DNA of 64,000 nucleotides from a virus (lineage: Duplodnaviria > Heunggongvirae > Uroviricota > Caudoviricetes), in the IMG/VR virus record IMGVR_UViG_3300047469_000094. One strand, given 5' to 3'. Positions 40,025 through 49,519 of the stretch are shown here, in pieces; the first letter of the stretch is position 1, and every line of letters starts with the position of its first letter. Made by a program: the position numbers and the translations under genes. A model generated the notes under the pieces. That model saw only the letters and a program-made list of their open reading frames with translations. It did not search any database and was not told the DNA's origin.

Positions 40025-40034
40025 GGTCGTTTTA

Positions 40035-40475
40035 ATGACTAACGTCTATCTTGAGAAAATTGCAGCAATGGTCTCTCTGGAAGACGGGGTGTACAACGAC
40101 CCGGATAGGGAGTGGGAGTTTCATGTGACGGATGCGGCTAGACGTCGCATTGCTATATCCCAGTTGCAACCCCACTTCCAAAGTCAGAAGAGTGATGGTG
40201 CTAAAGTTTTCGGAGTAATCGGAGCAGGTCTAGGTGGTTTAATTGGTACATCACCATTGATGGCGAGTTCTTGGAAAGGCAGAGTTCTTAACTCCGTTAT
40301 AGGTGCTGGCATAGGCTATGGTTTGGGTGCTGTATCTGGCATTGGACTGGCCTCCGCAGGAAATGTTCAGACTCTAGACAGTGAATCGGCTACCGAGGGT
40401 CCTGTGAAGAGTTATCTGTATCGGAATCATGTCGCTGGCGATTACTGGCCTTCGATTATTAGGAAGGAAGATTGA
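40035..40475 (+). CDS. NxYLEKxA-tagged glycine-zipper membrane protein
   Basis: MTNVYLEKIAA; GAGLGGLIG and GAGIGYGLG. Confidence 0.75.
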   Translation: MTNVYLEKIAAMVSLEDGVYNDPDREWEFHVTDAARRRIAISQLQPHFQSQKSDGAKVFGVIGAGLGGLIGTSPLMASSWKGRVLNSVIGAGIGYGLGAVSGIGLASAGNVQTLDSESATEGPVKSYLYRNHVAGDYWPSIIRKED

Positions 40476-42067
40476 TGTACAAACTCATTGATAGCAGTTC
40501 ATTCTTCGACGCTGAAGATCTCCAGGTAACTATCCTGAGCGGTCCCGGCATTCAGGAAGAACTGACCAAGGCTGCCGCTGACGATCGAGTCAAATCGTAC
40601 GTCATGGACAACCTAAAGATTCAGCCTGGGAAAATGTATCTGCATATCAATGCGATGGGGGCCGGTGAGTTCTACGGCCCTAACCGCAATGGCGACTACT
40701 TCCCTGAAGAAACTCTGAAGCTCTACTACAAGACTTTTGAGACCTCCCCGGCCCACGTTTTCCGTCACCACATCAACAAAGATCCTGCCCGTGCTATCGG
40801 TCGGGTTATCTTTGCCTTGTACAACGAACGCATGCACCGAGTTGAATTGGTTGCAGAAGTAGATCGCGGTCTTGGTTCTGACGTGGAGAGTCGTATTGCA
40901 GCCGGTGATTTCCCAGCAACATCCATGGCGTGTAAGACACCCTACGATGTTTGCTCTATTTGCCATAACAAAGCCCACACCCGTCAAGAGTACTGCGTCC
41001 ACCTGAAACAACACTTGGGTCGCGTAATGCCGGATGGCCGTCGGGTCATGTCTATTAACTCTGCTCCACTGCGTTTCTTCGACATCAGTATCGTAGTTAA
41101 ACCTGCGGACATCACCAGCTCGGTATTGCAGAAAGTTGCAAACGAAGAGGGTGCAGTATCCTCTGCGTTGCTGGGTGAAGAAGAAGGTCTTAGCTATGGC
41201 GAAGATCGAGTCAAGAAGGCGTCCCTTGCCAAAGTCTCCGAGCTAATCAAAGAGATCGAAGGCTACGTTCAGGGCACTGATAAGAACATGGAGAATATCC
41301 TTGCTCAGATTCAGGACCCAGACATTGAGGATGTTCGTAAGCTCGAATCAGTACCTATGGATGAACTCTTCCAGACCTTCGGGGAACTAGGCATCAGCCC
41401 TAGCCTGAAGTTCCTTGCGGAGATCATTGCATTCCGTATGGGCCACGGCGGTCCTGGAATTGGTTCAAAGGTTCTCAAGGCCCTGCACGAATCAAAGCTT
41501 TCTGGTATTTCTATTCCAGATACTGAGATGAACGTAGATCGTAAAGTGAGTCCTCTGGTTAGTCAGGTACTTAGTAAGTACCAGGACACTAGTTCACTAT
41601 TCCCTGAGTTCGTAGAGAAGCGTGCATACGTTACTACTACTGGTTATTCCGGTATGGGTCCTAAAATCCCTATCAGAGAAGAAGATATTCGTAGAGACCT
41701 GGCTCGCCAGAGACACTTGGCGAATCCTGAACGCACTTTACTTCAGGCTGCTGCGGAGAATCCGATCTCGACTCTTATTGCTATTGGCGGTGCTGCTCTA
41801 TGGGCAAAAGCGTACATTAACTCTATAATCGAGAAGCGTCTCGCTCAGTCCCAGGAACGTAGTATGCCTACCATTGTTAAGATGGCAAGCATGTCTGCTG
41901 CACATGAAATGTCTTTTGAAGATCGTAAGGCTACCGTACCGCTCAAGGCTCTGTCCAAGGCAGTATCTGCGTTACAGTCTCCAAGTAAAGGAAATGCTAA
42001 ATTGACAGTGGCTTTGAAGGTGCTTAGTGCAGCTCATAGTCAAATCGTCAAAGGTAATCCGAGTTAA
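40472..42067 (+). CDS. prohead (maturation) protease
   Basis: NRNGDYF, HVFRHH, ATSMAC, CSICHN..YCVH Zn finger, FFDISIV..PAD; precedes scaffold and capsid genes. Confidence 0.8.
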   Translation: MMYKLIDSSSFFDAEDLQVTILSGPGIQEELTKAAADDRVKSYVMDNLKIQPGKMYLHINAMGAGEFYGPNRNGDYFPEETLKLYYKTFETSPAHVFRHHINKDPARAIGRVIFALYNERMHRVELVAEVDRGLGSDVESRIAAGDFPATSMACKTPYDVCSICHNKAHTRQEYCVHLKQHLGRVMPDGRRVMSINSAPLRFFDISIVVKPADITSSVLQKVANEEGAVSSALLGEEEGLSYGEDRVKKASLAKVSELIKEIEGYVQGTDKNMENILAQIQDPDIEDVRKLESVPMDELFQTFGELGISPSLKFLAEIIAFRMGHGGPGIGSKVLKALHESKLSGISIPDTEMNVDRKVSPLVSQVLSKYQDTSSLFPEFVEKRAYVTTTGYSGMGPKIPIREEDIRRDLARQRHLANPERTLLQAAAENPISTLIAIGGAALWAKAYINSIIEKRLAQSQERSMPTIVKMASMSAAHEMSFEDRKATVPLKALSKAVSALQSPSKGNAKLTVALKVLSAAHSQIVKGNPS

Positions 42068-42141
42068 ACTAGAAATCAGTAGCAGGCACCTGGCTTGCTT
42101 AACTAAGCCCCATACTCCGGGTTAAGAAACGAGGAATTAGA

Positions 42142-43581
42142 ATGAATTTTGATATCAACCAGCTTATCGCTGATCTGTCCGGTTCGGAAGGTCAAGAGAA
42201 GCAGGCTAGCGAAGCTCCTGAAGTCAACGTTCCGAACGTTGCCGAAGAGCTGCGGTCAGCCCTGATGACTAAGTCTGCTTCCGCCCTTGCCGGTGAAGCT
42301 AGTGACCTAGGCCGTCAACTGGCCCAACGTCTGATGGAGAAAGCTGCATCTGAAGTTGTCGCTGAACCCGAAGTAATTCTGGGCGATAAGCTTTCTGAGC
42401 TTGCTGCTTCCGTACAAACCACTTTGGTCAAAGAAGCCAGCACCGTCGAAGCACAGCCTCATCTTGCTCACCAAGAAAATGCTGAACTCGCCGCTGCCCA
42501 GACCCAAGTAAATGCTAACGCTGAACAAAGCGGTGGCACTGTTGAATCTCAGACAACTGAGTCTATCCAGAAAGGTTTGACCACTCCATCTGCTACCGCT
42601 ACCAGCGAAGACCTCGTTGACCGTGTAGAAGACAACATGCAGAAAGCTGCTGCGGTTACCGAGCTGGTTACCCAAGGCCACTCGTTCTATGATGCTGCTT
42701 CTCTGGTATCTATGGCTGACGAAGAGCTTCAGAAAGAAGCTGCCTTCCACGCTTTGACCGAAGAAGGTTATTCGGTTGACGACGCAGTTGCCCTGATCAA
42801 AGCTGCTTCTGAAGTTGAAGAATCCCAGTACGAAGAAATGGACAAGCAAGCTGCTTTCCAGGGTCTGCTAGATGAAGGCTACCGCTTCGAAGACGCTGCT
42901 GAGATGATCAAAGAAGCTGGTCTAGGTGACCTCGCTAAAGGCGCCCTGAACACCATCAAGGCTAAAGGCGGCGCTGCTGTTGGCGCAGTTAAGGCCGAGG
43001 GTCGCAACCTTAAAGATGACGTCTCTGCGTACAAGTACATGAAGCAGCACTCGCCAGGCGATGCCTCAACCGTCGGTAAAGCTCGTTTGAAAGGTGCCTT
43101 GAAGCGCAACGTTATTCCTCTTAGCGTAGCTGGTGGATCTCTTGCTGCTGGTGCAGTTACCGCAGGTGTAAACAAAGCTATGAGCAAGCAAGCTGCACTG
43201 TCTGAACTTTTGGCCGAAGGTCACTCGTTTGATGATGCAGTTGAACTGGTCAAAGAAGCTAGCGTAGGCTCCACCATTAAAAGTCTTGCTAACAAAGTTG
43301 CAGACCCTCTTCGAAAAGAAGTTGGCCAACTCGGCAAAGATGTGGCTAAATATAAGAGTTTGCGCAAAACCAATCCAACCATGGCTAAAATTCGTGGTAA
43401 GCATATGGCCTCTAACGCTGTTAAGCGTAATAAGGGTAAACTTGCCGTAGCCGGTGGTACTGCTGTTGCAGCCGGTGCTGGCGTAGCAGCTAAAAAAGCT
43501 ATGACCAAAGAAGCCGCCATGAGTGAACTGATGAACGACGGCTACACCTTTAACCAAGCTCTGGCCGCTGTCCAGGCCTAA
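42142..43581 (+). CDS. putative scaffolding/core protein with internal repeats
   Basis: Repeated K[EQ]AA...L..EG[YH]SFDDA; acidic and helical. Confidence 0.7.
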   Translation: MNFDINQLIADLSGSEGQEKQASEAPEVNVPNVAEELRSALMTKSASALAGEASDLGRQLAQRLMEKAASEVVAEPEVILGDKLSELAASVQTTLVKEASTVEAQPHLAHQENAELAAAQTQVNANAEQSGGTVESQTTESIQKGLTTPSATATSEDLVDRVEDNMQKAAAVTELVTQGHSFYDAASLVSMADEELQKEAAFHALTEEGYSVDDAVALIKAASEVEESQYEEMDKQAAFQGLLDEGYRFEDAAEMIKEAGLGDLAKGALNTIKAKGGAAVGAVKAEGRNLKDDVSAYKYMKQHSPGDASTVGKARLKGALKRNVIPLSVAGGSLAAGAVTAGVNKAMSKQAALSELLAEGHSFDDAVELVKEASVGSTIKSLANKVADPLRKEVGQLGKDVAKYKSLRKTNPTMAKIRGKHMASNAVKRNKGKLAVAGGTAVAAGAGVAAKKAMTKEAAMSELMNDGYTFNQALAAVQA

Positions 43582-43597
43582 TCTCCGAGAGAACAAA

Positions 43598-44017
43598 ATG
43601 TCCGATATCCTTATGCAAAACATCCGTGCCCTGATCAAAGAAGCCTCCGAAGGCACTCAGGGTCCTGCTCAACCACAACTGCATCACGCACAGAACGCAG
43701 CTACCGCTGCTGCTCAACAGGCTATCAATGCCTCGGCTCTTCAATCGGGTAACACCATTGAAGGTCAGACTATTGAGTCCCTGCAACGTGGCCTGGCAAC
43801 TCAATCTGCTGAAGTGGTTCCTACCGACCGTGTTGCTGAGCTTCAGAAGGCTGCTGCTCTGAACGAGCTAGTTGAAAGTGGTATGGATTTCTACTCCGCT
43901 TTCGGTCAGGTTGCTGATGCCGATCTGGAGCTTCAGAAAGAAGCTGCTTTCAACGAACTGACCGAAGAAGGTTATTCGTTCGACGACGCTGTTGCTCTGA
44001 TCCAAGCTTCTCTGTAA
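43598..44017 (+). CDS. paralogue of a scaffold segment
   Basis: QTIESLQRGL..QKAAA..ELQKEAAFNELTEEGYSFDDAVALI is nearly identical to part of 42142-43581. Confidence 0.8.
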   Translation: MSDILMQNIRALIKEASEGTQGPAQPQLHHAQNAATAAAQQAINASALQSGNTIEGQTIESLQRGLATQSAEVVPTDRVAELQKAAALNELVESGMDFYSAFGQVADADLELQKEAAFNELTEEGYSFDDAVALIQASL

Positions 44018-44056
44018 GACAAACGAAGGCCCTTCGGGGCCTTTTTTCGGTGAACC

Positions 44057-44434
44057 ATGTCAAACGTATATCTAGAGAAGATCGCTGAAGCGGTACTCCC
44101 TCTTAATCCGAAACGCACAAGTACTGAGAAAACCTTTGCTCTGTCAGAAGGTCTTGGCGTGGCCGCAGGTCTTGCCGGTGGCCTTATAGGCGGGCGTCTA
44201 GGTTCAAAACCTCTGGGTAAACTAATCGCTGCTAAACCAATGGCTCAAGCCATAGGTCGAAAATTGTTCGGTAAGGACGCAGTTATCACAGGTACTCACC
44301 TAGGTAGCGAAGTCGGTGCCCACGTTTTAGGAGCTATCGGTTCTTACGGGGCGATGAAGGGCGTTGCCGCTCTTGATGACTCTCGAAAGAACAAATACCT
44401 TCACAAAGCAGCCGAACTTGTTTCGACGCATTAA
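44057..44434 (+). CDS. NxYLEKxA-tagged glycine-zipper protein
   Basis: MSNVYLEKIAE; GVAAGLAGGLIGG; C-terminal NKYLHKAAE. Confidence 0.75.
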   Translation: MSNVYLEKIAEAVLPLNPKRTSTEKTFALSEGLGVAAGLAGGLIGGRLGSKPLGKLIAAKPMAQAIGRKLFGKDAVITGTHLGSEVGAHVLGAIGSYGAMKGVAALDDSRKNKYLHKAAELVSTH

Positions 44435-44463
44435 AATACATGCATAGCAGAGGACACACCCAG

Positions 44464-44988
44464 ATGTCTGAGATTTCACAACTGCTTCGTGAACAAGCGG
44501 AGCAAATCACCGAACAACTCGAAAAGCAGGCTGAGCAAGTTGCGCTCTTTGAGCAGACTACTCTGGCCGCTGCCGAAGCTTTGGTGGAAGCTGGGGTTAG
44601 CCCGGAAGATTCGTTGTCCATGGTCAAACAAGCTGAAGAGCTTAAAGACCTGGCTCCCCTACCGGTGACTATTGAGCCTCAGTTTGTAGTAACTGTATTA
44701 GAGAAGTCAGCTTCATATATTGAGGAGCTTGAAGGAACTATTGCAGATCTGCAAGTTAAAATTAAAAATAGCGAAGGGTTCAGTAAGGCAGCCGCCATTT
44801 CTGGTCCTGATGCAGAAAACCTCCAATCGTACGGTTTCAGCAATGACCAAGTTAAGATCATGGCTGACACTGGAATTTTGGAAAAAATGGCGCACATCAC
44901 GGGTTCCCCGTGGGAAATGGGTCACAGCTCAGGCAGCCCAACTGCTGATTCACTGGACCCGATTGAACGTTTCTGTTTAGGTCGGTGA
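44464..44988 (+). CDS. putative scaffold / head assembly protein
   Basis: Coiled coil; EKQAE, VKQAE, EKSAS, SKAAA, EKMAH; directly precedes the capsid genes. Confidence 0.65.
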   Translation: MSEISQLLREQAEQITEQLEKQAEQVALFEQTTLAAAEALVEAGVSPEDSLSMVKQAEELKDLAPLPVTIEPQFVVTVLEKSASYIEELEGTIADLQVKIKNSEGFSKAAAISGPDAENLQSYGFSNDQVKIMADTGILEKMAHITGSPWEMGHSSGSPTADSLDPIERFCLGR

Positions 44989-45052
44989 CAGGACAGTCTT
45001 AGTCTAGGAATTAATCCTAGATTAGTAAAACTCTTTAGGAGAGAAAACTAGT

Positions 45053-45469
45053 ATGAAGATGGAATATGCCTTCGAAGTAGTTCGCGGTTACCCACAAGAC
45101 GGTGCCCTGGATCGCGTCGAGCCCATCAAAGCAGGCGTTACCCTTAAGAACGGTGATGTTGTTGCTAAACAAACTGACGGTACCGTTGACCTGTCGGGCG
45201 CATCCGCCTCTAACAAAGTTGGCGTTGTTGTTCAAGGTAATGGTGACAGTTCTTCGTCTGCCCAAGTTGGCAAGTGCGTAGTTCTGTGGAGCAACTACAT
45301 TGCTCGTGTCGCTTCGACTGGCTATGCAGCCGGTGCCTACGTTCCTGGTTCTGAAGTCACTGCTAAGTCCGGCAAGTTCGCCCTTGGCGTAGCTGGTACT
45401 GACCCGGTTGTTGGCTCCGTTCTGGAAATCGTTGCCGAAGATAACTCACTGATTATCTTGGTTAAATAA
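45053..45469 (+). CDS. putative capsid decoration/cement protein
   Basis: 138-aa beta-rich protein immediately upstream of the capsid gene. Confidence 0.6.
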   Translation: MKMEYAFEVVRGYPQDGALDRVEPIKAGVTLKNGDVVAKQTDGTVDLSGASASNKVGVVVQGNGDSSSSAQVGKCVVLWSNYIARVASTGYAAGAYVPGSEVTAKSGKFALGVAGTDPVVGSVLEIVAEDNSLIILVK

Positions 45470-45479
45470 GGAGCGACTC

Positions 45480-46367
45480 ATGTACGGTACTGAAACTACT
45501 AACGTTCAATTCCTCAACCAATCGTTCATCGATAAGGTCGATAACGGCATGGAGAAGGAAGCTTCGGTAGCTGCTAGCGCATTCGTGCGTCAGAAGCTTC
45601 GTGAAGACGGCTTTACCCGCAAAATCATGGAACCGCAAATGGTTACCGCTGCTGATCTGGATCGTGGTCTGACCGACGAACCTCAGATCATCATCGAGAA
45701 AGAACCTGATTCGGTAGCAGCCTCGATGGGCTTCCGTGGTCGTGCAGAACTGCGCTACTTCAAAGGCGATCGTTACGCCGTGAACTTCTCGAAGATCGAG
45801 AGTAAAGAGTTCAAGAAGTCGAAGTTCGAACTGGCTACCTACCGCACCGATATCCGCACCGTTCTGCAAGAGAACAGTGTTAAAGATATCCAAAAGGTAG
45901 AAGATACCAGCTTCTACGCTAACGTCCTGGCAATGGCTACCGCTGCTAGCAACGTTTACACCATCTCTGGTGGTTTCAACATGGTCAACTTCCAAGCTGG
46001 CGTGAAGAAACTATTGGCTAAGCAACTGCCTGTCGGCAAGATCCTGATGACTCAGGAAATGTATGCTGACTTCATGGCTCAGCCAGCCACCCAGATCGGT
46101 TCGGACGCAGCTTCGGCTCTGTTCATGGGCCAAACTGGTGTAGCTACCCCGTACGGCAACCAGATCATCGTTACCAACAAGAACGATATCCTGCCGAACA
46201 ACCAGATGATCGTTTTCGCTCCTACCCAGTACCTGGGTCAGATGTACATCATGCAAGACGCGATGGTATATCTGAAGACTGAAGCTGACCTGCTATCCTT
46301 CAAGACTTACGAGTCTGTCGGCATCGGTTTCGGCAACGTCAACGGCGCTGCTGTTATCAACTTCTAA
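45480..46367 (+). CDS. major capsid protein (HK97-fold predicted)
   Basis: Very strong codon bias, position after protease and scaffold, terminator after; EKEAS near the N-terminus. Confidence 0.75.
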   Translation: MYGTETTNVQFLNQSFIDKVDNGMEKEASVAASAFVRQKLREDGFTRKIMEPQMVTAADLDRGLTDEPQIIIEKEPDSVAASMGFRGRAELRYFKGDRYAVNFSKIESKEFKKSKFELATYRTDIRTVLQENSVKDIQKVEDTSFYANVLAMATAASNVYTISGGFNMVNFQAGVKKLLAKQLPVGKILMTQEMYADFMAQPATQIGSDAASALFMGQTGVATPYGNQIIVTNKNDILPNNQMIVFAPTQYLGQMYIMQDAMVYLKTEADLLSFKTYESVGIGFGNVNGAAVINF

Positions 46368-46454
46368 TCAAAGTTGGCCGAAAGGCAAATCAGAGAAAGG
46401 CCCCTCGTTTGGGGCCTTTTTCGTATCTGTAGATTAGCGAGGTAAAATAGAAAC

Positions 46455-47147
46455 ATGTCAAATCCATATCTCGAAAAAGCCGCTTCCATGTATGACTTTT
46501 GGAAGGACTTAACTGGTAAAGAACACAAGGACCTTACGGCCCGGAAGTATCACTTTGAGCGAGCGATTGCCAACAATGATACGGTCGAGGGTCTGACTAA
46601 GCGCATCCACAATTCTGGACAAAGGACCTTCAAGGCCAGAATGAAGACCAGTGGAGGGCTGGCTGCGATTGCTGCTGCCGGTATCTACGGGGCGAGTGCG
46701 TACCGAGAACACCAGAACCGAATAGCCTCAAAGAACATGCAAGAACTCTTCTTGAACAAGCAGGCGGGAGTTGCTTCTAACTCAGTCAGCCTCGCAAAGA
46801 AGACTGTGACCTACGCTAAAAAAGCAGGTAGCTTGGCTGCCAAGGGTACTGCAAAAGTTGTTAACACTGGTCTGGATGTTTTGAACACTGCCAATGGCGG
46901 TAAGATCAAACAAATGGGCTTGGATACTTTCGGGGATAATACTCCTGCTTATCATAAATTCGTCAGCGCCAAAAGAAAGTCTCAAAAAGACATGGTGACT
47001 GGTGCAAACCTTGATAAACTAAAGAAGCTACATGGCCAACAGAGCAAAGCAAGAGTAGGTGCCTACGGTGGAATTGCAGGTATCAGTCTCGCTTACGCCA
47101 ATGGCAAAAAGAAGAGCGAAGCTCTTCCTCAATCGTATTACTACTAA
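46455..47147 (+). CDS. NxYLEKxA-tagged basic protein with two hydrophobic helices
   Basis: MSNPYLEKAAS; internal LFLNKQAG. Confidence 0.75.
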   Translation: MSNPYLEKAASMYDFWKDLTGKEHKDLTARKYHFERAIANNDTVEGLTKRIHNSGQRTFKARMKTSGGLAAIAAAGIYGASAYREHQNRIASKNMQELFLNKQAGVASNSVSLAKKTVTYAKKAGSLAAKGTAKVVNTGLDVLNTANGGKIKQMGLDTFGDNTPAYHKFVSAKRKSQKDMVTGANLDKLKKLHGQQSKARVGAYGGIAGISLAYANGKKKSEALPQSYYY

Positions 47148-47162
47148 TTGTAAGAGGACAAC

Positions 47163-47546
47163 ATGGCCTACATTCTCAACCTTACCAACACCATCCTGAG
47201 CGTCGGTAAATACGCCGAAATCAAACCAGGCAAATACCTTCACGCCGATGCCTACATTCTGGAATCGGAAGAGACTGCATACGCTCTGCGTGCTCGCTGG
47301 GCAAGTCTGCATGACGAAGTCCCTGCGGAGATCTCCTTCGGTGACGGTGGCCAGACTTTCGAAGTATCCCCTTCTGCAGGCACTTCGGAATATCCTGGTG
47401 AAGCAAAGCCAATCGTCCCAGCAGTATCTGAGCCTGCACCTGCTCCAGAAGCTGAGCCGGAAGCAGTAGTGGAAGCTAAAGAAGTCGAAGAGGCTCCGGC
47501 CACTAAGAAAGCTAATAAAGCCAAAGCTGCACCTACTGCTGAATAA
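47163..47546 (+). CDS. hypothetical late protein with Ala/Glu/Pro-rich tail
   Basis: 127 aa, GAGG RBS. Confidence 0.75.
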   Translation: MAYILNLTNTILSVGKYAEIKPGKYLHADAYILESEETAYALRARWASLHDEVPAEISFGDGGQTFEVSPSAGTSEYPGEAKPIVPAVSEPAPAPEAEPEAVVEAKEVEEAPATKKANKAKAAPTAE

Positions 47547-47559
47547 TTGAGATTCCGAG

Positions 47560-48006
47560 ATGTCAACTCCAGTAATAACCCCAGATGAAGTCCGAGAGTT
47601 TATCGCTGATTACGTCGAAAATAACCATTTACTTGATGGCGTTGAGTTCAGCGACACCCGCATTTCACTGGCCGCTGAGTTGGCAATCTCGGAATACAAT
47701 ATGACCCCGCCTATCGGTGCGGTCTCGATAAACAGCTTCCTTCGGGCAGGCAAGGCGATCCTCATGTCTGGGGTTCTCTGGAAACTGTTCGAAGGCCAGG
47801 CTGCCCTTTTGGCTCGTAACACTATGAGCTACAGCGATGGCGGTATCACTCTGCCAATCGAAGAACGTATGCAGCTATACCAAGGTATGGCAGCCCAATT
47901 TCAGTCTACCTTCCTATCTTCGGTAGGACGGTTGAAGCAACACCTCAACATCGAAGATGGCTGGGGTAGCGTAAGTAGTGACCAAGCTAGCTTCCCTCTT
48001 TGGTGA
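47560..48006 (+). CDS. putative head-tail adaptor
   Basis: Size and position between the capsid and tail genes. Confidence 0.5.
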   Translation: MSTPVITPDEVREFIADYVENNHLLDGVEFSDTRISLAAELAISEYNMTPPIGAVSINSFLRAGKAILMSGVLWKLFEGQAALLARNTMSYSDGGITLPIEERMQLYQGMAAQFQSTFLSSVGRLKQHLNIEDGWGSVSSDQASFPLW

Positions 48007-48010
48007 GTAA

Positions 48011-48856
48011 ATGAGACTGCGTCCCGGAGTACTGTACTCCTCGTTCTTCTATAAGGGCGGGGCTCTTGCAACCATTGAGAATCCAAAGATAGATGTTGAC
48101 GTTCTTCCTCATTGGTTTGAGTCAGCAGATCTAACTTGGAAGATCCCCTCTGACTGGGGTAATTGCTCATTCAACGTTTACAAGAGTGATTCCGAGACAG
48201 GCTCATTCGAGAAGATGAACGCCACACCCATCACGGGTCTGTTCTTCGTAGATACCTCTCACCGTAAGTTCTCGAAGTATCACGAGTCCTATTTCATCGT
48301 CGAAGTCATACTCCACGATAAGAACGATGCTCTTCTGCGTTCAGTCCCTACTACCTGGCAGCGTCATCAAAGTCGTTGGGTGGAGCTACGAAGCATTGAG
48401 ATCCAGAGACGTTTCTGGTTGATGCTCCGTAAGTTCATGGGCGTAGAGTCGTACGTTTTCAAACGTAAGAACTTCGGTATGAGATGTGCTACCTGCTGGG
48501 ACGACCGCAACCTAAAAGTAACCAACGATAGGTGTCCAGAGTGCTTTGGCACAGGATGGAGCGGTGGCTACATGGAACCGTACAAGACTCTCATCCAGTT
48601 CGATGCCACTCCTAACGCAACGAACCTTACTGAGCTTGGTCGTAGTGAGCCCAACACCATTCAAGGTGTGACGATCTCATTCCCAAACCTTGATGAGTGG
48701 GACATCGTGTTCCGTCAGAAAGACCGCAGGATGTATCGGATCGATGCAGTAGCCAGTACTGAGCTTATGACCAAGGGTGTCAGCCAGAGATTTCAATTGG
48801 TTGAACTTCCGAAGAACTACGTAGAGTACCAATTATCTGAGAACTACAACCTATGA
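48011..48856 (+). CDS. putative neck/head-closure protein with Zn finger
   Basis: CATCWD...CPECFGTG; beta-rich C-terminus. Confidence 0.5.
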   Translation: MRLRPGVLYSSFFYKGGALATIENPKIDVDVLPHWFESADLTWKIPSDWGNCSFNVYKSDSETGSFEKMNATPITGLFFVDTSHRKFSKYHESYFIVEVILHDKNDALLRSVPTTWQRHQSRWVELRSIEIQRRFWLMLRKFMGVESYVFKRKNFGMRCATCWDDRNLKVTNDRCPECFGTGWSGGYMEPYKTLIQFDATPNATNLTELGRSEPNTIQGVTISFPNLDEWDIVFRQKDRRMYRIDAVASTELMTKGVSQRFQLVELPKNYVEYQLSENYNL

Positions 48857-49437
48857 GACGGATGTCCCCTATAGGCGTTGGCCGACTAATCCTTGAACCT
48901 ATTCGACACTTCTTCCACAATTACAGTCCAGCCGCTCAGTTTTACTGGGACCCGGATGCGAAGAAGTCTAAAATAGATATCTCCATGGTCAATGACATCA
49001 ACAAAGAAGATGTCGATAACGACATGCAGATCCTCGTAAACCGTGGAAGCGTCACAGTTCAGAAGACAGGGTTAAGCGATAACATGCTTGATGCCCAACC
49101 AATGTCTGAGACACAAGGTCTATACAAACGTAGAAACCTTCTCATATACAACGGCCAAGCAACCGTTATCGTGAAGTCACGTAACGAAGGCAGTGCCGAA
49201 GTTCTCACTGACATGGTAATGCACATCCTTCAATGGTCCCGCCCTCACATTTGTGACGTGCTGGGATTCAAGGACTTTGCATTGCCAATGCAGATAAGCC
49301 CCACCCATCAAAGCAAGATAGACACTGAATTCTTCATGGTTGAAATCTCTGTTCCCTACACGATTGAAGAAGCGTGGAACGCAGAGAATGATGCTTTGAA
49401 ACTCAGAGATCTATTCATAACGTTTAGTAAGGCATAG
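48853..49437 (+). CDS. putative tail terminator/completion protein
   Basis: Position directly upstream of the sheath gene. Confidence 0.45.
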   Translation: MRRMSPIGVGRLILEPIRHFFHNYSPAAQFYWDPDAKKSKIDISMVNDINKEDVDNDMQILVNRGSVTVQKTGLSDNMLDAQPMSETQGLYKRRNLLIYNGQATVIVKSRNEGSAEVLTDMVMHILQWSRPHICDVLGFKDFALPMQISPTHQSKIDTEFFMVEISVPYTIEEAWNAENDALKLRDLFITFSKA

Positions 49438-49519
49438 TCCTAGCTAAAATAGATTCAGAAATTCATCAAGGGCTTGCCAAACGCAGGTCTATAGTTAACC
49501 CCCAAGGAGTCTTAGCCTG

